Notes under the pieces: model-generated
The model's input: the letters and a program-made list of their open reading frames with translations, nothing else
The model's database searches: none
What the model was told of the DNA's origin: nothing
NCBI GenBank assembly: GCA_964016885.1
Contig: OZ024741.1
Span: 59,830,001 to 59,894,000 of the forward strand
Reading direction: 5' to 3'
DNA length: 64,000 nucleotides
Source: Eledone cirrhosa
Taxonomy: Eukaryota
In this document: one piece after another, positions 46,384 through 61,029 of the stretch
How the letters are laid out: each line of letters starts with the position of its first letter
How positions within the stretch are numbered: position 1 is the stretch's first letter
Made by a program: the position numbers and the translations under genes

Positions 46384-46627
46384 TTCCTTTGTCAGTGATG
46401 AACAAACGAGCAACGATGGTTGCTGGACACTACGGCTTAATATGGGATGTTTGTTTACAAACACACCGTGCATTATAGTAAATGTTCGGTGAATCCATAC
46501 GTACATATATATATATATGTGTGCATGTAAGTATATATATACATACTACTGCACGTCTGTATGTACATACTTATATTTATATATTTATATATTTATATAT
46601 TTATATATATATATATGTACATACTTA

Positions 46628-46702
<75 letters not shown>

Positions 46703-46936
46703 TAGCGAGAATTGTATTTCAGCTCAGGAATTAACGAAAATCAACTCCCGAGATGTGTGGCAAGCGCTCGATGATTCATATGAATCAGAGCTACAACATA
46801 CGTTAAGGGCCAAACACACTGAGATGGTGGTTAAACAAATCATCCGCACTGCCAAAATAAACGACCAAGTAATTCGGGTCAAACAATAAAAATACATGTG
46901 ATTGAAAAATATATGTATTTGAAAATATATATATAT

Positions 46937-47045
<109 letters not shown>

Positions 47046-47189
47046 ATAATAATAAATGTGAAGACTAAAATCCGAAGAGGGCTCGATAAGGAATATATAT
47101 ATATATAAGATATATAAAACTGTAGAGCAAATATTTATTAAAATAACATATTAAAGTTTAAGCAGTAACTTTAACTTTAATCTGTTATC

Positions 47190-47272
<83 letters not shown>

Positions 47273-47396
47273 TTATATATATATTTATATATTTTATTTA
47301 GGTTTGTTGCTTCAGGACTGGATAGAATTGGTCATTCCGTATGGTCAGTCTCAGTCAGACGCCCTCAAGTGCGTTTGTTCATTTGTTATATTTCGA

Positions 47397-47454
47397 ATAC
47401 CTGATGATATCACCGGATTCATACGGAACCCGGTCATTGAAATGATCATGGTAT
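47397..47454 (+). ncRNA. Degenerate hammerhead (G at position 17, probably inactive)
   Basis: ATAC CTGATGA ..ACCGG...CCGGT.. GAAA TGATCA TG GTAT; palindromic ATGATCAT. Confidence 0.55.
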
Positions 47455-48929
47455 AATAAACCTTTCAAGGATTTACACCAGTCCAGCCTCCTGTTATTTT
47501 ATTTATTATATATATATACTATATATATTTATAATGACGATGATTATATAATGAAGATGATATGATGATGATGATATTTACCAGGTACATTTACAGGAAT
47601 GTATTCCAAAATTACGTAATTCTGATTATATTGAAATCTGAAATTTCTTTATTTTTTATTGATATTTGTTTATTGTTTATTTATTTCCACAACGACTACA
47701 TCTTATCCCTAATTCTGTCAACGAAATTAGCCTATGTACACTAAGGTTGGATTTCTACACAATTTAGATTTATGTCTAAACAAGACATTAATCAGTAATA
47801 CACAAAAACGAAAACAATGTTAGCTGAAGACATTAGACTGAACATCAATATTTATCATTTAAATTTCTAAAAGAAACGTTTCAAATATTTCGTAAAATTT
47901 AGAGATTTTTCAACATCGTGTTTACTTCTTCTGTTATTGTACTACAGAATAGAAGAAATCGGATTAAGATTACGAATGGTAATCTTGTAGGTAGATTCAA
48001 TCCGTCGCCTGATTTAACACCACCACTACCACCTTACATTAAAAAAATTTAAAATGAGATTTATAGATGACTCTTAAGTAGGGAAGCTGGCCTCAAATGA
48101 GGATACATCTCATAGGTGGTTTCTTGAGTGATAAAGGCACCTGACCTCTCACGTTTTTATTTCAGCTTACACCCATACAGGTTTAGCTGACCTCCTACAA
48201 GGTTTCATCTCATATGTTGTTTCTTGAATGCTTTAATGATAGGGACTGCTGTCATATCATGTAGATACAGTTCAAGCATGTAGATGTTTAGCTGGATTCC
48301 TACAAAGTTTCTTACATTTTTTTAATGTGATAGGGGCCCCTGTTCTATCATGTTTTTCATTTTGCAGCTCACACCTATGCAAATTTAGGCGGATTGTTAC
48401 GCGTTTGCATCACATAGGAAGATGATTGGGTGTTTTAGTTATAGGGGCACCAGTCCTGTTATGAAAAGCAACGCAAAATAAATTGCCTGGCCAAAGAACA
48501 CAACGCGCTGGATCTGTGAATCGAATCCATAACATTATCATCATGATTTGAACTCCCTAAATACTAGGTTACTTAACTTCAATACCTGATATTTTCACAC
48601 CTTTAGCGGATTCAATTAGAGACCAGGTATTTGGTGTGATGATACCCCTTTCTTCCCGTCAACACTACATCTATCTATGCAGCCACCCACGGAGGATTAG
48701 ATATGTATGAGGGACATATGTGTACTAACAGCTAAGAAGAGGAACGGTCCACTAGTAAGGCATAACAGATACACACATTCCATAAAATAGAAGCAGTAGC
48801 TGTTGCTAATGAAACACAAACCAGTGACGGAGCCTTTCCATGACCACTCGATTAGCTAGAAATAGCAGCCAAATTTCCCACAAGCACTTTTAAAAGCAAA
48901 TCGATGCATTCGAGGATAATTCAGTCGTA

Positions 48930-49430
48930 AATACACAGCAAAGAGTAAATAAATGGTATGAATATATCCCAAAGAGTGTCCTTGATAAGGATGAGGTAAA
49001 CATATTGTGTGATTTTATGACATAATGTGAACATATTATTGAAGAAATGAAGCCAGCCATAGTAATTGTAAGCAAGAAAATCAAATATTGTATTATAATG
49101 GATATTGCAGTTCCTGGTGACAACTGGGTAGGAGGAAAAGAGGAGGCGAAAATAAACAAGTATGGACATCTCAAACGGGAAGTTGCCATATGGCAACTGA
49201 AAAAGGTAAAAATAGTGCCTATAGAAGCTGGTGGGCTCGGAACTGAGTCAAGGAAGGAAATTAATTGATTTGGCTGGAAGGAGTGTTTGAGATCTCTGGC
49301 CCCACGACCCCCTCAAGAAGAAGAAGAAGAAGAAGAAGAAGAAGAAGAAGAAGAAGAAGAAGAAGAAGAAGAAGAAGAAGAAGAAGAAGAAGAAGAAGAA
49401 GAAGAAGAAGAAGCAGCAGCAGCAGCAGCA
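48930..49430 (+). mobile_element. R4/Dong-like non-LTR 3' end (restriction-like endonuclease) with (GAA)n tail
   Basis: KPAIVIVSKK..CIIMDIAVPGD..KEEAKINKY..VKIVPIEAGGLG, followed by a GAA microsatellite 49315-49412. Confidence 0.8.
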
Positions 49431-50703
49431 ATATCTTTAAATAGAAATAAAACATACACATTCGTTGTTACAGTTCGATTAATGCACAAGAAATTAAAAT
49501 ATAAGTGATGTATAATATAAGTGCATGGATATATTTATGTGTGTGTTCTATATACATATAAGCTTTGCGTATCTACTCTCCTAAACGGCTAAGAGACATT
49601 TACTGTTATATACCCGTGGAAGATCTTGGCATGTTATGTTCCAAACATCGGCATTAAATAGAAATTGTATGCGGTAGATACGGCCAACTCCCGATATACC
49701 GCCTTCGAATTCACGAGCAAAAACACCACTTTGTTATTTAGAGCTTTCTAAGTGTTTAAGTGCCCACCGAAAGAAATCAGAAATATAAACGTGACCTCTA
49801 TTGAAACACTGAAAAAAAGAATTGGATTCATGCCTACCCACGATATCATTCCAGCGATATAAGCAAGGAAGATCAGCTGCTACAACTTCAACAAAACCGT
49901 TCGCAGTACAAAGACTGAAACCATTAAAAGATTATATGCACGCATATGTATATATATATATATATATATATATGAGTGTGTATGTCCATGCATGTGTGTA
50001 TGTGTGTACATACAAGGGAACATTCGTTAGAGTGGCATGTTATATGCTACTGAAAATGTCAGTTTGAGTAATGTGTGCGTTGTAGTAAAAGTGAGATACC
50101 AGAGAAAGAATATAATGTTCCATTAAAAGATAAGGCAAAGATTGAATGTTGAATAGCAAAGAGATGACATTTAGTGATAGAATATAAGCGATGAGAACGG
50201 GAGCAGTAGAAATTGTAAACCGAAGTCATTCTAGTTGGATCATAATATGAAACGACAAGAAAGTTAAGAAAATGTAAAGTTAAATGAATATAAAGATAAA
50301 TCTTCAACTGGAAATGTGTAATGGCTTAGATAATATATATAAACCGTATATCGTTAAGAGCTTTACTTAGATTCGGGATAGCTTTCCCATCGTTAAGTTA
50401 AAGAAGTAATTTAAAAGAAGATCCTGGAAGTATTTGAAGTTGCGAATAATTGTCACTGAAACTTCACATTTTACGGCACGTGGGTGGTGTAAATATGGCT
50501 CGCGTTACAACTGAGAACAACGAAGTGGCGACCTAGGGTGTAGGCCACGAAAAAGCACATCACTGAACATTAATTGATCACGAGATTAATAGAATTGTAT
50601 ATTTGAAATCAATAATTATGTTACTAGATATATTTGTGGTGTAGCAACGGTGTGGAAATGACCAAACGGTTGACAGTCGGATGGTGTTATGACCTGTCGC
50701 ATC

Positions 50704-50754
<51 letters not shown>

Positions 50755-51403
50755 ATATATATATACATTGTAATGGAAAATGCAGGGTTTGTAATCTTTT
50801 AAATATGACCAGTGCAACAAATGTCAAACATTAGGTTTGTCAGCTTGCCGAACTGTATATTGAGCTGACTAAGGAATTATAAGACATTTCTCGGTAATAT
50901 TTACTTTTATTAAATTTATTCAAACTTTCCAAGAGTTTCCAAACGTTTAAGACTCTCACTGGAATAAGACCACATCTCAAGTAGATGGAAAATGGTATTC
51001 TTTTATTAGTTTAGCGTTCAATAATGGTTTTTAAAAGCCACAGACTATACTATAGTATCAACAAAACGGTATTAGCAAATAGTTCTTCTCTTTCTATTTT
51101 AATTGAAGTTGATATTTTTCAATTCATTACAATTGAATTATGTGAATATAATCTGTTTACTTCTTGAAGATTCTGAAACAAATTTAGTAAACTGCTTTTG
51201 TCTTGTTCATTTGATTTCTTGTGCGATTTCTTGTGGTTTTAATAAGAGATTTTCTGGAATATCGATTTTTTGTTGTAGAAGTGAACTCTTTCCAACGGAC
51301 GTATTTAGTAACATGCTAGCGAATGGAAATATAAGAGAAAATAGAAGCACAGACAAACACTTATATACACACTGCTATATATATATATATATATATATAT
51401 AGG

Positions 51404-51574
<171 letters not shown>

Positions 51575-51754
51575 TTAATACATTAACAGAGAAAGCTTTA
51601 AGCAATACTCCTACCGGCTTCCGTCTCACTCAACAAACATTAGGATATAGCTTAGTATAATCCCAATTTTACGTTTGGGGTGCTAACTATACGTATTTTG
51701 CAGATAGCCAGTTGTATTATTTTATATGAGACATAATTAAAATACAGATCTCTT

Positions 51755-51793
<39 letters not shown>

Positions 51794-51799
51794 CAACTC

Positions 51800-51980
51800 T
51801 GTGTGTCCTTTGGGAGCCCCTACATGGACACACTAGAAGAGGAAGACCAAGGTTAACATATGTTGATGCCCTAAGGACAGACACTGGTCTGTTGGAGATG
51901 CAGGATATGGCAGCGATAATGAGGGGCAGAGACCGCTGGAGAGAACTCGTCCATGGATCTCGGGAATTTTACCCGCCTTA
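51800..51980 (+). mobile_element. RTE/RTEX 3'-end fragment
   Basis: LWEPLHGHTRRGRPRLTYVDALRTDTGL; matches 28635-28784. Confidence 0.85.
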
Positions 51981-54106
51981 GATAGATAGATGTGTGTGTG
52001 TGTGTGTGTATGTATGTGTCAATGTGTCTGGCTGAGTGTATGGTTAGTATATTTTGTGTTATTTAATCAGCCGACACTAGTATACGCAGGAAAAACACTC
52101 GTCGAATTATACAAACAATTATTCCCATAATCACACTATTTACAAACACAAATACACATACTCACATACGTATATGTATATATAAATATATATATATATA
52201 TATAAATATACATATATATAGAGAGAGAGGGTGTCCCCAAAATGTGTACACACTTCAACAGAATTCTAATAAATATTGCGTGTACAGGCAATCAAAGTGT
52301 CAATAAATTATAAAATTCTTGGGGACACCCTGCATATATATATAACATCATCATCGGGTTTTCGTCCGCTTTTCCATGCATACATGGCTTCGACTATATA
52401 TATGTATATATATCACAAAAAAAAAAAAAAATCAGTGTTGCGACGAATGGAATTTATTGGACAATCGTTTCTCTGGGGACCAGCTCGAGGCACGATCGAT
52501 GTGATGATCGAACCCGACTCTGAAAATCGCAAGGTCCTCAGATACGTCTCGATTCTACGAAGCAGATATATATATATAATTATAAAATATATATGCGTGT
52601 GTGTGTGTGTGTGCGTGTGTGTGTGTGCGCGCGTGTGTTGTGCTTTATATCTGTGGTGTGCTGAGACATTTGCAGGTTTATTTCACGAGTACGCTGTTTC
52701 TTTGTTTAGACAACTGGAACATATGTCATTAGAACAGACGAAGGACCCACAAGTTACATCGGATCGTCATTGAATGACATATTAGCTTTTCTCGTAATGT
52801 TGATTCCTGTCATTTCTAGCATATTGTGGAACCATGTCAAGGATCCCTCATTGAGAGTTGTCAGCAGATTGAAGATAGTTAAAAGTAATATAATGGTTTG
52901 ATGTTGAAAAGTAATTCATAATTGAATCTCCTCATTTTAATCCATGAATGTCTCTAAATGGTTCAACGAACTCCTAGAAATAGCAGCTAACAAGTTACTT
53001 CCTTTGAACTGTATTATTTCAGAGTTTCACTTTTCTGACAGTGACTTGATCTGAGATGGTATGTTGTAGCTAAAACAATCAAAGCTCTTAACTTTGCTAT
53101 ATATTCATGAATTATTTCTTTGTGGATAACTTTCCCTTTCACTGTCTACAACTGGTCACTGGCACATTATAGTAGAGCTCACACATTATATAATACTAGA
53201 GACACTCTAAGATACTCTTTGGTCCCTATTAATCGTAGATTGGAAGAAGCGAGTGGGGGTATAAGTAAAGGAGCTGGAATAAGTGGTTGGTTGGAATAAG
53301 CGAGGTTGTTGGAAAATCGGTAATATTTCTAGGTTATCTCAGTTGATTTTTTAAAAAACCAAAATTTGGCGATTATTTGAGATCCGAGTGTATGTGGATC
53401 TAGACGTGGTTGAGGGTTTAAAAAGATTGCCTGGCAATTATGGGGTCTTGTGTCTATGAGAATTACGTTAAGGGCTCACGGTGCATATGTTGGTGGCATA
53501 TTCAACCACTTACACTTTGATACAAGATACATTGTACCTGTAATTCAAAGGACCAGCTTTATCATATATAGTGTCACCCTGATTCTCCCGGATAAGTACG
53601 TTATGGGTAACCAGACTCAATCATTTGCAGGTTAATTTCATGACCAAATTATCCCGTTAGTCGAAAAAATGTAAATCCATGTTCGCAACGGACGAAAATC
53701 CATTCCATTATCTATTTTTCAAATATTGCAGGCATAAAACTTTTCGAAAGCTCTAACGATTTCCAATATGAAACGAGAGGAAATTTGTATTCATGAAATA
53801 TCATGTTGTTACGATAGCAGCCCTGTTTAGAGGGTCCAAATAGATTTCTTATAAAAGGGAAGAGCTGTCGTTATTCAGACATGCATGATATATATCACTC
53901 ATTTTGATAAGGCAAGGGTCTAGCCTGTCTTTTGTCACATGGTAAGGCTATTTGAAAACAGATTTTTATTTTCGAACAATACATAAATATAATGAAAGAA
54001 GCCTTATTTCTGTACATAAGGGAAATATTATTGGAATTATTTGCGCGTGAGCTACGAATTATAGATGAAGTTGAATAATTGTCTCAGTGATGTTAACTAG
54101 TAACAT

Positions 54107-54188
<82 letters not shown>

Positions 54189-54190
<2 letters not shown>

Positions 54191-54403
54191 AAAATGTTTA
54201 ACCCCGACGGCAGAGCTCAAGCCGTTTCGACGTATATTTTTGGAGTAAATTAGAAATTCTAATTTAGTCCAGAAATAACCGTTGAAACGGCTTGAGCTCT
54301 GCCGTTGGGGTTAAGCATGTTCCTATTACCCACTCTAATACCCTAAGTATTGAGTACTCTGGTGCGTTATTGTCCATCTGGTTCCTTACCACACTTCCTT
54401 CGT
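54189..54403 (+). mobile_element. Miniature fold-back copy of the 31647-33480 PLE terminus
   Basis: Hairpin 54189-54322 centred at ~54256, plus tail 54323-54403 matching 33400-33480; (TA)n on both sides. Confidence 0.88.
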
Positions 54404-54874
54404 TATATATATATATATATATATTGTCTGTATGTACGTTCACACACACACACACACACATATATATATAAATATATATATATATATTATATGTATACAA
54501 CCAGAATTAACGGCTAGTGATATCACACGTCTATTGAGATAGCTGGGGTATGATCACAGCTTTAAAAACTCATAGCGATATTTATATATATTTATTATAC
54601 ATACATATCGTATATGCCTTCATATGCAACGTATATGTATGGAGATATATATATATATGGTTGTGTGCGTCTGTACGTGTGTCTACGTATATACAGTCAC
54701 GAATGAATATGGGTTGCGCATATAGTCTGAGCAAGGTATTTTTGTGGAAGACCAGCAGTCGCTTATGCATACCAGTCTCCAATCCCCACGGCAATGTTGT
54801 TGTCCAAATACACAAGACATCACTCTATTTGCGGATCAACTTATGATTGTGAATCCACCACTCTAGCCACTAAA

Positions 54875-54948
<74 letters not shown>

Positions 54949-55529
54949 CACAGACTAAAATCGCCGAGACATTCAGACGGAGAAAAAAATAGATTTGACT
55001 TTAGAATAAAACGTTCTATAGTAAGACATGCATTCCCATACAAGATAAGCCGACATAATCGTGACCTTTGTATTGCAAAATGCATGAAGATAACTTAAAT
55101 ATAAGGTAATCAACCAGAAATCTAAAGTAATCTTTAGCTGTCAGCACAAAGTATTCTTTCTTACATTTAAGATTTCCTCGGTGGGAATCGAGTGGAATAC
55201 CATGCACACACAAAGCAGAATTATTGCACACCCACACCAAGGAGATAAGTAGAAATTAAGTTTATCAAACACCTAACCATGTATATATGTACATAAACTC
55301 AATGTGCAATACACTGATTATGCACAAATATGAATAGTTATGGTAGACAACTGACACCGTTTGTAATTGTAATGACACATATTCTTTGCAATAACTAATA
55401 CTAACTGCTTATCATAGACTTTTAATGTAAATAACTTCTAATATAATTAGAATAACATTCAATTATACAAATTCCTATAACAGGATTATCCTTCAAAATA
55501 TTGTTGAACATGTGTATACAACAACTACA

Positions 55530-56160
55530 ACGGTACGCGATGGGGCCCACCCACAACCCCGGCAGACAGAATGGAGAAGGCGTTTCCCCGGAGGACGGCA
55601 AGGGAGACGCGCTGGAAAAACCACTCCAACTCACGGGGCTCACACCTGCGGCTGGCCAGCTGGTGGTGAGTAAGGAGGTAGCCCTGGGGACGAGGATACC
55701 AGAAGTCTCCACTGCCATGGGTACAACCGCAAACCTGTCGGAGAGCGACCAGTATTTGAGGAGTTTATACCCCTCAGCCCGACGTGCAGCAGAACCTGGG
55801 TCAGTCGCAGACTGCACCAGGTTGCGGCTGCAGAAAGTGTCGGTGCAAGTGGCATCCCAGACGAAGGGTTTGCCACCGCGGAACGGGAAGATGGTCATGC
55901 CATCTGGCCTTTTGCCGTTCTCTCGATCCAGCCCCACCGGCTCGAGCTGGGAAGTTAAGCCTGCAGCGTCAAACCCATGCTTAATGACCTCGTTGGGAGC
56001 TGCATGGCGTGGAATGCGGCCGGCACTGTGGCGACAGGAAAGCGGGTGGAGGCCGAAAGAGTCCACGGTGGAACCGCAGCGACATTGGTGTGGCTGGCAG
56101 ATCCGGAGGCCGAGTCTCAGGGAAACGCCGACGCGCAGGCTATGGTTGTCTAGCTGCGTG
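55530..56160 (-). mobile_element. CRE-like non-LTR retrotransposon 3' end (Zn knuckle + PD..D endonuclease)
   Basis: LRVGVSLRLG..CRCG..DSFGLHPLSC..RH..NEVI, KRPDGMTIFPFRGGKPFVWDATCTDT, AVETSG. Confidence 0.88.
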
Positions 56161-56296
56161 TTATAGTATTTATGTTTTTGTGATGAGCTAGTGTTGTAAG
56201 TATTTAGTGGATTCCATACAAATAGTTTGAATAAACTCTTAATCAATAAAGATGCCCAAACATTGTTGGGTACTCTTTATTCATTAAGATCAAAGA

Positions 56297-56645
56297 TGAT
56301 ATATAAAAAAGAAAATTGATGTGTCTGAGGTAATGAAAGATGTAGGAGATCAACTTCAATGATACGAGTCCATGGAGTGAGGGAGGTCTCTCTCTGGCGT
56401 GTAGTAAATCAGGCACTAGCCGCATCGTGGTTACAGCGGACAAAATCGAGAAAGCGGTGCCCCGGAGGATAACAAAGAAAACATTGAAAAAGGCAGTCCA
56501 ACTGATAGGGCTCATTTCCAGGGGTGGTTATGCGGGAAGTTTATGGCGATGACACATTACTTTGTACATAGCTCTTCCATCATGAGTTTGATTTCCTACA
56601 TCTTTCATTACCTCAGATACATCAAGTTAATTTTTATATATATCA
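56297..56645. repeat. ~55-bp imperfect inverted repeat (56297-56355 / 56588-56645) around a decayed CRE-like fragment
   Basis: TTGATGTGTCTGAGGTAATGAAAGATGTAGGA versus TCCTACATCTTTCATTACCTCAGATACATCAA. Confidence 0.7.
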
Positions 56646-57427
56646 CCGTTGACCTTCTCCTTCCATCGTATATCATATCCCTGTCCTTTCACCCTCCAAT
56701 GCATTCCCACTAACTATTCTTTCCACTCAACCATTAAATGTCTACTTATAGATCGGGGCATGGCCGATTCTGTCTTCATATCTATAAACTAATGAAGACA
56801 CATGGTTCGTCGTTGTCTATGAGTGGCTGAGACCACCCAATATTGTTACTGTTGTCATTTCCATGTTAGCAGTGGAGATGTTGCTATCACCAACTTCGAT
56901 ATGGTACAGCCACATTTTGTTTCATGAGCCAATCACTCTAAGGAGAGTTTACTCCTATATCCATTATGTTTATATTTACTTTTTTCTTTTTATTTTATCT
57001 ATATCCTTGTTTTTTTATGTTTATAGCTAATATTATTTTAATGTCATGTTATTATTTGTCTCGAACATTACTTTCCTAATCACAGGGCCCTAAGGGATTT
57101 AGGGAACACCCTATGGCGTGCCAAACCCCAGAGGACAGAATGGCGAGGGAGATGCGTTGATATTGCCATTCTACCTCAATAATCTAGGTGGCCATCTTCG
57201 ACCCGATAGTAATGAATAAGGAGGTGGTCCGGGGACAAAAACAACGCAAGTAACTATCGGTACATGTTCGACAGCAAACCTATGGAACCATTACATAGCT
57301 GCATATGACTTAAAGCTGTTCATTTGCGAAACTAGAATTACTCGTGATTACAAATAAAGTATAATGACATGAAGCGTCGATCTCTCATTCTTGATATAAA
57401 CACTCAGCAAATATATATTTATTTATA

Positions 57428-57537
<110 letters not shown>

Positions 57538-57722
57538 AGTATATATATATATTTAATGTTGAAGCCATTTCTGTGTTAAATATTTATACTCTGCTATGTA
57601 TTGAGTACCTTACTTACTGTAGTTACCTCGATTGAACCTGCGATTCAGCCCACCCCACCCACATACACGTACACACATATATATACATATACAGATATAG
57701 ATATATAGATATATATGTGTGT

Positions 57723-57764
<42 letters not shown>

Positions 57765-58031
57765 AGATTTAACGATCCTTCTACTTTATTTCATGCTCTA
57801 AACCTTGCTTCAGTTGCATTTGTGTTTATTACAAATATAACATGTATTTATTATCACATTTTCCTAGGTAACAGAAATTTAAATTCAAGAGTATACATAA
57901 AACAACCATTCGTTATATTCTTATATTCCTATATTCCATTCTAACATATGAACTGCCTTTTAATTTCATTCTACTAGGCAAAGGAATAGCTAGCAACTGA
58001 TGTGTGGTCAGCTGTGTATACAAATGTGTAT

Positions 58032-58072
<41 letters not shown>

Positions 58073-58299
58073 TGTGCATATGAATGCGTCGAGATTTATA
58101 TCCATATAGAAATAATAATATTTTCGGAGTTAAGAAACAGATGTGCCATCAGATAAAAATGTCTATTAAATAAAAGTTAGAAATGCATCTGTACACAAAT
58201 ACAGACAGACAAAAAGTTCTAGCAATCTTTACAGAGTCAATAAATAGATATATATAGTGCACATACTTAAATATGGAATGTTACGCAATGCAAACACAC

Positions 58300-59460
58300 A
58301 CACAGCACCGGCGGACAGGATGGAGAAGCCGTTTCCCCGGAGGATGGCAAGAGAGACGCGCTGGAAAAGCCACTCCAACTCGCGGGGTTCCCACCTGCAG
58401 CGGGCCAGCTCAGTGCCTATGGTGGTGAGTAGGGAGGTAGCCCTGGGGCCGAGGACACAAGAAGTCTCCACTGCCAGGAGTGCAACCGCAAACCTGTCGG
58501 AGAGCGACCGGTATTTGGGGAGTTTGGCCTCCTCAGCTCGACGTGCTGCAGAACCTGGGTCAGTCGCAGACTGCACCAGGTTGCGGCTGCAGAAAGTGTT
58601 GGTGCAAGTAGCATCCCAGACTAGGGGTTTGCCACCGCGGAACGGGAAGATGCCATCAGGCCTTTTCCCATCCCTTCGGTCCAGCCCCACCGGCTCGAGC
58701 TGGAAAAGAAGCCCGCAGCGTCCAAGCCATGCTTTATGACCTCGCTGAGGCATGGCGTGGAAGGCGGCCGGCACTGAGGCGACAGGAAAGCGGCTGGAGG
58801 CCGAAAGAGTCCATGGTGGAACTGCAGCGACATTGGTGTGGCTCGCAAATCGGAGGCCGAGCCTCAAAGAAACGCCGATGCGCAAGCTATTGTTACCTAG
58901 CTGCGTGCCAGTGGAGACTGTGGGGTTTGGAGGCCGCACGAAAGCAGCCAAGGCGGTGCTCGTCGAGCTGGAGTGTGAGCCTATCTGAGGCCAGGCGGCA
59001 CTGCATGGCATCCCAAGTGATTTGGGGGGAATTGACGTCAACAGGGGGATAAGGAGGAGGGATGTTTACTGGGCTAAGTCCCAGCCGGTCCCACGTCTCA
59101 CAGGCGGCCTCACGTTCTCTGAACACAGAGGGTTCTATTGTGTTTTGAAGAACCCTGCTGACGAGGCCGCGGCACGAGGTTACCGACGAAAGATGCACCG
59201 GCAAAACCAGCGAGATCGGGGACCGGAGGCCAAGGCCGCCATACCTGACAGGTAAAGTGGCCTTTTTCCATCCAATGTCGTCAAACTTGACATTGCATAT
59301 CACCTCGGCTGCTGCTCAGATACAAGTATCGAGGTCAGCGGGGAGAGATGTGTGGGTGTAGCACGTAGCGCTGCGAAGGGTATAGAGGAGCTTCGGCATG
59401 ACGAAGCAGTTCCTCAACAGAAAAGAGTTCGGTGGCCGTCGATCAAGCCCAGTCGGCTCC
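58300..59460 (-). mobile_element. CRE-like non-LTR retrotransposon, longer 3' fragment
   Basis: LLRNCFVMPKLLYTLRS, WKKATLPVRYGGLGLRS, KRPDG.FPFRGGKPLVWDATC, FQRVSLAILRGN; close paralogue of 55530-56160. Confidence 0.9.
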
Positions 59461-60711
59461 TGAGCGTCTGGAGTTGTTAAATGCACAGGCAGCATAAACA
59501 AATGATTAAGATGTTCGTTTCTCAATAATTATGTTCGTTTTTCAATCCCCTTAAGTGGAATCTGGGCAAATGTCATGTCATAGCCACTGGTTAACCAAAG
59601 CGTTGTTTGTGAAATGGTAAAACACAGACACTTATATGTTAATTTAAGGAACAGGATATTCCCTTCATCGAAGAAGTTGGATAGTCTTCGTCAAAATAGG
59701 CAGAGCTCCATTCCAGCATTTTAACAAATGTTGTTTTATCCTCTGCTTCTCTCACCAGGTTCATATGTTTGGTTCGTACCGTCTTGAGAGCGATGCAGGC
59801 GGAAACAGTGTATAACTTCAAATCCATCCATCTGCACCACGAGGCTGGACTTGGGATTTCACGGGTTCTTTACTTTCAGAGTCGGTGATGAGGGGCGTCG
59901 GAACGGGACGGAGCACTGTACAGACCTGCCAACCTCTAAAAACCAAAACAAGGAGTACCATGAACAAAATAATAACAAAAATGAGGCAAAATGGGGAGAT
60001 TTTGCATAATAAAAGCTATACCCATTTTCACAAGAGAAGAGATCTCTCACCTACCTCAAAGTGGGTGGGAGATATCGCTGTCAGACGAGGAGAGTGACAT
60101 GCCTGATGGTACCACCTGATTCTGGTCACCTCTAGCGTGAGTTAAAATTGAGTTGTCAAGAGATATTTACCTCCACGCCCATAACGGCTCTGATACGTGA
60201 AGCAATGTACGAGCCGCATCCATGCTCCCCGTTCTTTAATTTATATATTCTTTCTTCTTATTTGTAAATATCTACAACTTTGAAATGAAATTTGAATCAT
60301 TAATTTGATTGAGAATATATTAAAGTGTTGGCAAATATAAGTCTTTCATATTATTAAAACTAAGTCCAAATTATTTTATTCCTGGATTGTGAAACCTAGA
60401 TACGAAGTTCTCTTGCTATAAAGAAAGACATAAGTTATAAATTATATATTCTTTTTAATATTTGTATTTAAAGATATGAATTCTAGACTTGTAAGACAAT
60501 TTAATTGCTTCTGGCAGTTGATAGATTTTTTATCAAATTAGAAATGTGATGATTCCAAAATCTTCATTATCCTAGTGGAAAATTACGTATCAGCTACAGG
60601 TGTGGCGGTATAACAAAACATTTTATAATTACAATATAATTCTCTCTCTATATATATACGTATGTATGCATGTGTGTGCGTGGAGGGGGGCTTCCTTCCC
60701 CCTCCTATCCT

Positions 60712-60795
<84 letters not shown>

Positions 60796-60986
60796 GCTAT
60801 ATATTTATATAAATAAATATATATATATATATATATATATACCTATATATATTGTTATACTTTGGGAGGGTCATGTTGTCAATAAGAAACACACGCACCA
60901 GTTGCTTTCACTTCAATTTATTATAATAAATTTATAAATTTCCGATTGGTTGGTTGGTTCCACTACCAGATGGTTGTTTATATATT

Positions 60987-61029
60987 GTCAACGTTCTTTC
61001 GTCACACATTCTGAGACCTCTTCAGTGAC
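60987..61029 (-). ncRNA. Hammerhead, inverted-arm copy (mutated)
   Basis: Minus strand reads GTCA CTGAAGA GGTCTCA GAATG TGTGAC GAAA GAAC GT TGAC (U16.1>G). Confidence 0.5.

Larger units (their letters stand above)
45624..46570 (+). mobile_element. ~420-bp head-to-tail tandem repeat (2 full units + partial) with one hammerhead per full unit: non-LTR retrozyme-like
   Basis: Units start at ACCG(A/T)GCATTATA at 45624, 46043 and 46465; HHRs at 45922-45962 and 46343-46383; no recognisable coding capacity. Confidence 0.85.

Noticed and set aside
47820-47885. CTGAAGA...GAAACG hammerhead-like spacing
   Set aside because: Stem I does not pair and stem II is weak; likely chance in AT-rich DNA.
51608-51735. 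Minus-strand GTCTCA...TGAGAC G GAAGCCGGTA resembling a hammerhead 3' half
   Set aside because: GAAA is mutated and there is no CTGANGA box; at most a decayed remnant, so not called.
55501-56166. 221-aa plus-strand ORF (and 58257-58739)
   Set aside because: Antisense shadow of the GC-rich CRE-like ORF on the minus strand.
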